From NCBI GenBank assembly GCA_050181465.1, contig JBFXDD010000008.1:64325-128324 (forward strand): a stretch of DNA of 64,000 bases, read 5' to 3'. Below, in pieces: positions 61,456 through 64,000 of the stretch (within the stretch, counting starts at the first letter, position 1; each line of letters starts with the position of its first letter). The stretch comes from Planctomycetota bacterium. GTDB taxonomy: Bacteria > Planctomycetota > UBA1135 > UBA2386. The translations under genes were made by a program, and so were the position numbers. The notes below the pieces were generated by a model that worked only from the letters and a program-made list of their open reading frames with translations, was not told the origin of the DNA and did not search any database.

Positions 61456-62220
61456 GTGCGCGGCTCGTCGCAACGACGCGGCGGCCTGCTGACGGTCGAT
61501 CGCGGCAACAGCACCTTCGATCTTCGTTTCGATCCATCGACCGACGGTCCGCAGGAGCGCGCGCGCTTCGACCGCGAACGCGTGCCCGAGGTCCTCGAGT
61601 GGTTGGCAGCTCGGGAGGTCGTGCGTTGTCACGCGGCTTCGGTGGTGCGCGGCGGGTTGGACGAACTACGCGCGGCGCTACGGTCCCGAGGTGTCGAGAT
61701 GCTCGTCGCCGGCGAGGAGTTGCCTTGTCCGCTGAAGATCAGCTACGACGACCCCCGTGAGCTGGGAGTCGATCGATGGCTGGCAGCGACTGCGGCGCAT
61801 GCCGTCGTGGGCACCGCGGCGATCGTCGACTGCGGCACGGCGACGACGTTCGGGGTGGTGCGCGGCGACGGCACGTTCTTTCCCGGACCGATCGCGCCTG
61901 GACTGGATGCGCTGGCGGTCGGGTTGGCGATCCGAGCTCCGGGTCTGCCGCGTTTCGACATCGGCGGGAGCTGGCAGTTTCCGCCGCGCGGCACAAAGGA
62001 TGCGATCGCCGCAGGCGTACTCCTCGGCGCGGCCGCCGCCATCGACGGCGTTCTGACCAGGTTGTTCGATGCACTGCACGACCGCGGTGAACTCGATGCG
62101 GAGCCGACGGTGCTGGTCACCGGAGGCCGAGCGGAACCCATCGCGGCACACCTGCGGCGGACCGTCGCACTCGCTCCCGACCTCGTTCACGACGGACTCG
62201 CATGGCTCACGAGCCGGTGA
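61456..62220 (+). CDS. coaX: Type III pantothenate kinase
   Basis: GTG 61456. Motifs [13 protein letters not shown] and [15 protein letters not shown] (the DxGNT and GTA motifs of CoaX). 254 aa. Confidence 0.87.
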   Translation: MRGSSQRRGGLLTVDRGNSTFDLRFDPSTDGPQERARFDRERVPEVLEWLAAREVVRCHAASVVRGGLDELRAALRSRGVEMLVAGEELPCPLKISYDDPRELGVDRWLAATAAHAVVGTAAIVDCGTATTFGVVRGDGTFFPGPIAPGLDALAVGLAIRAPGLPRFDIGGSWQFPPRGTKDAIAAGVLLGAAAAIDGVLTRLFDALHDRGELDAEPTVLVTGGRAEPIAAHLRRTVALAPDLVHDGLAWLTSR

Positions 62221-63251
62221 CCGTGCGGCTGGCGACGCGCCGCGGGGCCGGTGGGGTCGCGGTCGTTGTGATCGCTGGAACCGATCGATGGCAGCTCCTC
62301 GCGGGCTGCCTTGGTGATCTCGGCGGCTGCTCACGCGGCGGTTCTTCGGTGCGTCGTGATCGACCCAGCCGGGCGGTCCTGTTCGGTCGAGATGGCGTGA
62401 TCGACGACGTGCTCGTCGTCGATCGTCCAGAGCACGGCTGCACGGAGATCCATGCGCACGCTTCCGACGCGGTGCTTGGCGAACTCGAAGCGGTCTTCGG
62501 CGGCGTGGCGGACGTCGCACCGGCCGACGCATGGGACCGGCTGCTTCGCGACGCGGCGAGTGCGCCGCAATTGGCACTCGCGCTCGAACAGCTCGCACTC
62601 GGTGGCGAGGCGGCGTCGCGACGAGCGTTCGAGGCCGCCGAACTCGATGCGACGGCTCGCGATGTCTTGCGGGCGCGGTCGATCGTGGCGGCAGCGTTGT
62701 GTCGACCGCACACGGTCGTCTTGGTCGGCCGCCGCAACGCCGGCAAGTCGACGCTCTTCAACAGTTTGCTCGGGCATGAGCGTGCGCTGACGAGCGAGTT
62801 TCCCGGAGCAACGCGAGATCCGGTCGACGCGCTCGTGTTTCTCGACGGCTATCCCTGCCGATTGGTCGACACCGCAGGTGAGGGCTCGCCCGCGGACGTG
62901 CTCGAGGCGATGGCGCAGCGGCGAGCCGAGTTGGTGGCGACGAAGGACTGTACGATCGTTCGCGTCGTCGACGCGAGCCGAGCACGCGGCGAAGGAGACC
63001 TGGCCGGAATCGAGCGTGCGCACATCGTCGTGTGCAACAAGCACGACCTGGGGGTGCACGTGGACTGGCGATCGGTCCCGATGGCTGCGTTGAGGGTGTC
63101 GGCGAGTTCGCGCGAGGGTCGCGGTCGACTGCTGAACGAGTTCGGGACGCGACTTCGAACCCTTCGCGGATTGCCGCCGGTACCGGTGTCGGGTGTCGGC
63201 GGCTTGGCTTGCCCGAGCTGGCGCGATCCCGAGGATCCTGCGAGCGACTGA
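62202..63251 (+). CDS. MnmE-like GTP-binding protein (short, no C-terminal CxGK motif)
   Basis: MnmE-like N-terminus ([14 protein letters not shown]). G domain: [25 protein letters not shown]. Only 349 aa. Overlaps coaX by 19 nt. Confidence 0.68.
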   Translation: MAHEPVTVRLATRRGAGGVAVVVIAGTDRWQLLAGCLGDLGGCSRGGSSVRRDRPSRAVLFGRDGVIDDVLVVDRPEHGCTEIHAHASDAVLGELEAVFGGVADVAPADAWDRLLRDAASAPQLALALEQLALGGEAASRRAFEAAELDATARDVLRARSIVAAALCRPHTVVLVGRRNAGKSTLFNSLLGHERALTSEFPGATRDPVDALVFLDGYPCRLVDTAGEGSPADVLEAMAQRRAELVATKDCTIVRVVDASRARGEGDLAGIERAHIVVCNKHDLGVHVDWRSVPMAALRVSASSREGRGRLLNEFGTRLRTLRGLPPVPVSGVGGLACPSWRDPEDPASD

Positions 63252-63290
63252 TTGGCGAGCTTCATCGCCAGCGGCTAAGGTTCGCACCGA

Positions 63291-64000
63291 ATGCGACCGC
63301 CCAAGCGGGACCTCGTCTCGATCGACGATCTCTCGACCGAAGAGATCATGGATCTGTTTCGACACGCCGAGGGGTTCCGCGAAGACCTTCGGGCGTGGTC
63401 AACATTGTGTCGTGGCTCGATCATGGCGACGCTCTTCTTCGAGCCGAGCACACGAACGCGGCTGAGTTTCGAGTCGGCGATGCTCCGATTGGGGGGTGGT
63501 GTGATCTCGGCGGCCGATCCCCAAACGACGAGTTTCGCGAAGGGGGAGTCTCTGGCCGACACCGTGCGAGTGGTCGGCGGTTCCTACGCCGACATTCTGG
63601 TGGTGCGTCATCCCCAAGACGGAGCCGCGCGCGTCGCTGCGCACTATGCGAAAGTGCCCGTCATCAACGGCGGCGACGGCGCACACGAGCACCCCACGCA
63701 GACGCTCTGCGATCTCTACACGCTGTGGCGGGAGAAAGGGGGCTTGGCCGGTCTGGACGTCGTCTTGTGTGGCGATCTCCGGTACTCGCGCACGGTTCAC
63801 TCCTTCGCCTACGCACTCGCGCGTTTCGGTGCGAACATCATCACGATGCCGTATCCGGGATTCGAAATGCCGCAGTTCGTGCTCGACCGCTTGCATCGCG
63901 AATTCTCGGTCTCGGCGCAGACGGCGAATGTCGGTCAGTTGCCGGGTCTCGCGTTCGGTGAGAACGCTGCTGCATACCTGACAGCGAGTCGTCCGCATCA
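63291..64000 (+). CDS. pyrB: Aspartate carbamoyltransferase catalytic subunit (3' end outside window)
   Basis: It is absent from the ORF track because no stop is reached. ATG 63291 gives MRPPKRDLVSIDDLSTEEIMDLF...LFFEPSTRTRLSFE...RHPQDGA...INGGDGAHEHPTQTLCDLYT...GDLRYSRTVHS. The frame is open to nt 64000. Confidence 0.93.
   Translation, partial: MRPPKRDLVSIDDLSTEEIMDLFRHAEGFREDLRAWSTLCRGSIMATLFFEPSTRTRLSFESAMLRLGGGVISAADPQTTSFAKGESLADTVRVVGGSYADILVVRHPQDGAARVAAHYAKVPVINGGDGAHEHPTQTLCDLYTLWREKGGLAGLDVVLCGDLRYSRTVHSFAYALARFGANIITMPYPGFEMPQFVLDRLHREFSVSAQTANVGQLPGLAFGENAAAYLTASRPH

Overview
This is a high-GC chromosomal segment. A hand count of nt 10261-10360 gives 64/100 G+C. Gene content points to a PVC-superphylum, Planctomycetota-like bacterium: a PVC-type CxxCH heme-binding giant dehydrogenase, an ECF sigma factor coupled to a Ser/Thr kinase, and many secreted proteins and lipoproteins. 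All family calls rest on motif recognition by eye, because no database search was possible. The ORF track is full of long antisense or read-through ORFs typical of high-GC DNA, and many listed starts were trimmed to internal ATG/GTG/TTG codons.

Housekeeping backbone:
- rplQ (partial), dnaE, an argF-like carbamoyltransferase and tadA.
- Two tRNA-Ser genes, then SRP RNA followed by dnaX, a TonB-like gene, ybaB, recR and hrpB.
- rpoN-truA-hpf-ptsN-ptsH.
- A type IV pilus block (pilM, pilN, a pilO/P-like fusion, pilQ), then rne, rplU-rpmA-obg, pilT, a PDZ protein, coaX, an MnmE-like GTPase and pyrB. The pyrB frame is open at the window end and is absent from the ORF track.

Accessory content:
1. 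A previously unrecognised 182-bp MITE-like element with 24-bp terminal inverted repeats and TA flanks. It is present as a head-to-tail pair (23515-23876), two single copies (27164-27345 and 29710-29891) and a 63-bp internally deleted derivative (56893-56955).
2. An island partitioned by these elements. It holds an ECF sigma/Ser-Thr kinase operon, a 756-aa secreted protein, and a receptor-like protein built as SEFIR/TIR-fold domain, one TM helix, then a cysteine-less (non-catalytic) FGE-sulfatase domain. This is my best candidate for an undescribed signalling or defence module.
3. A low-GC cassette (about 44.7-48.9 kb). It holds a divergent sigma-70-like protein, two paralogous membrane-anchored proteins flanking a 13-Cys secreted protein, and a lipoprotein.
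4. A sulfotransferase pair, one member being a fusion protein.
5. A serine-palmitoyltransferase-like gene divergent from an SDR epimerase-like gene.
6. A frameshifted phosphodiesterase pseudogene truncated at a MITE boundary.
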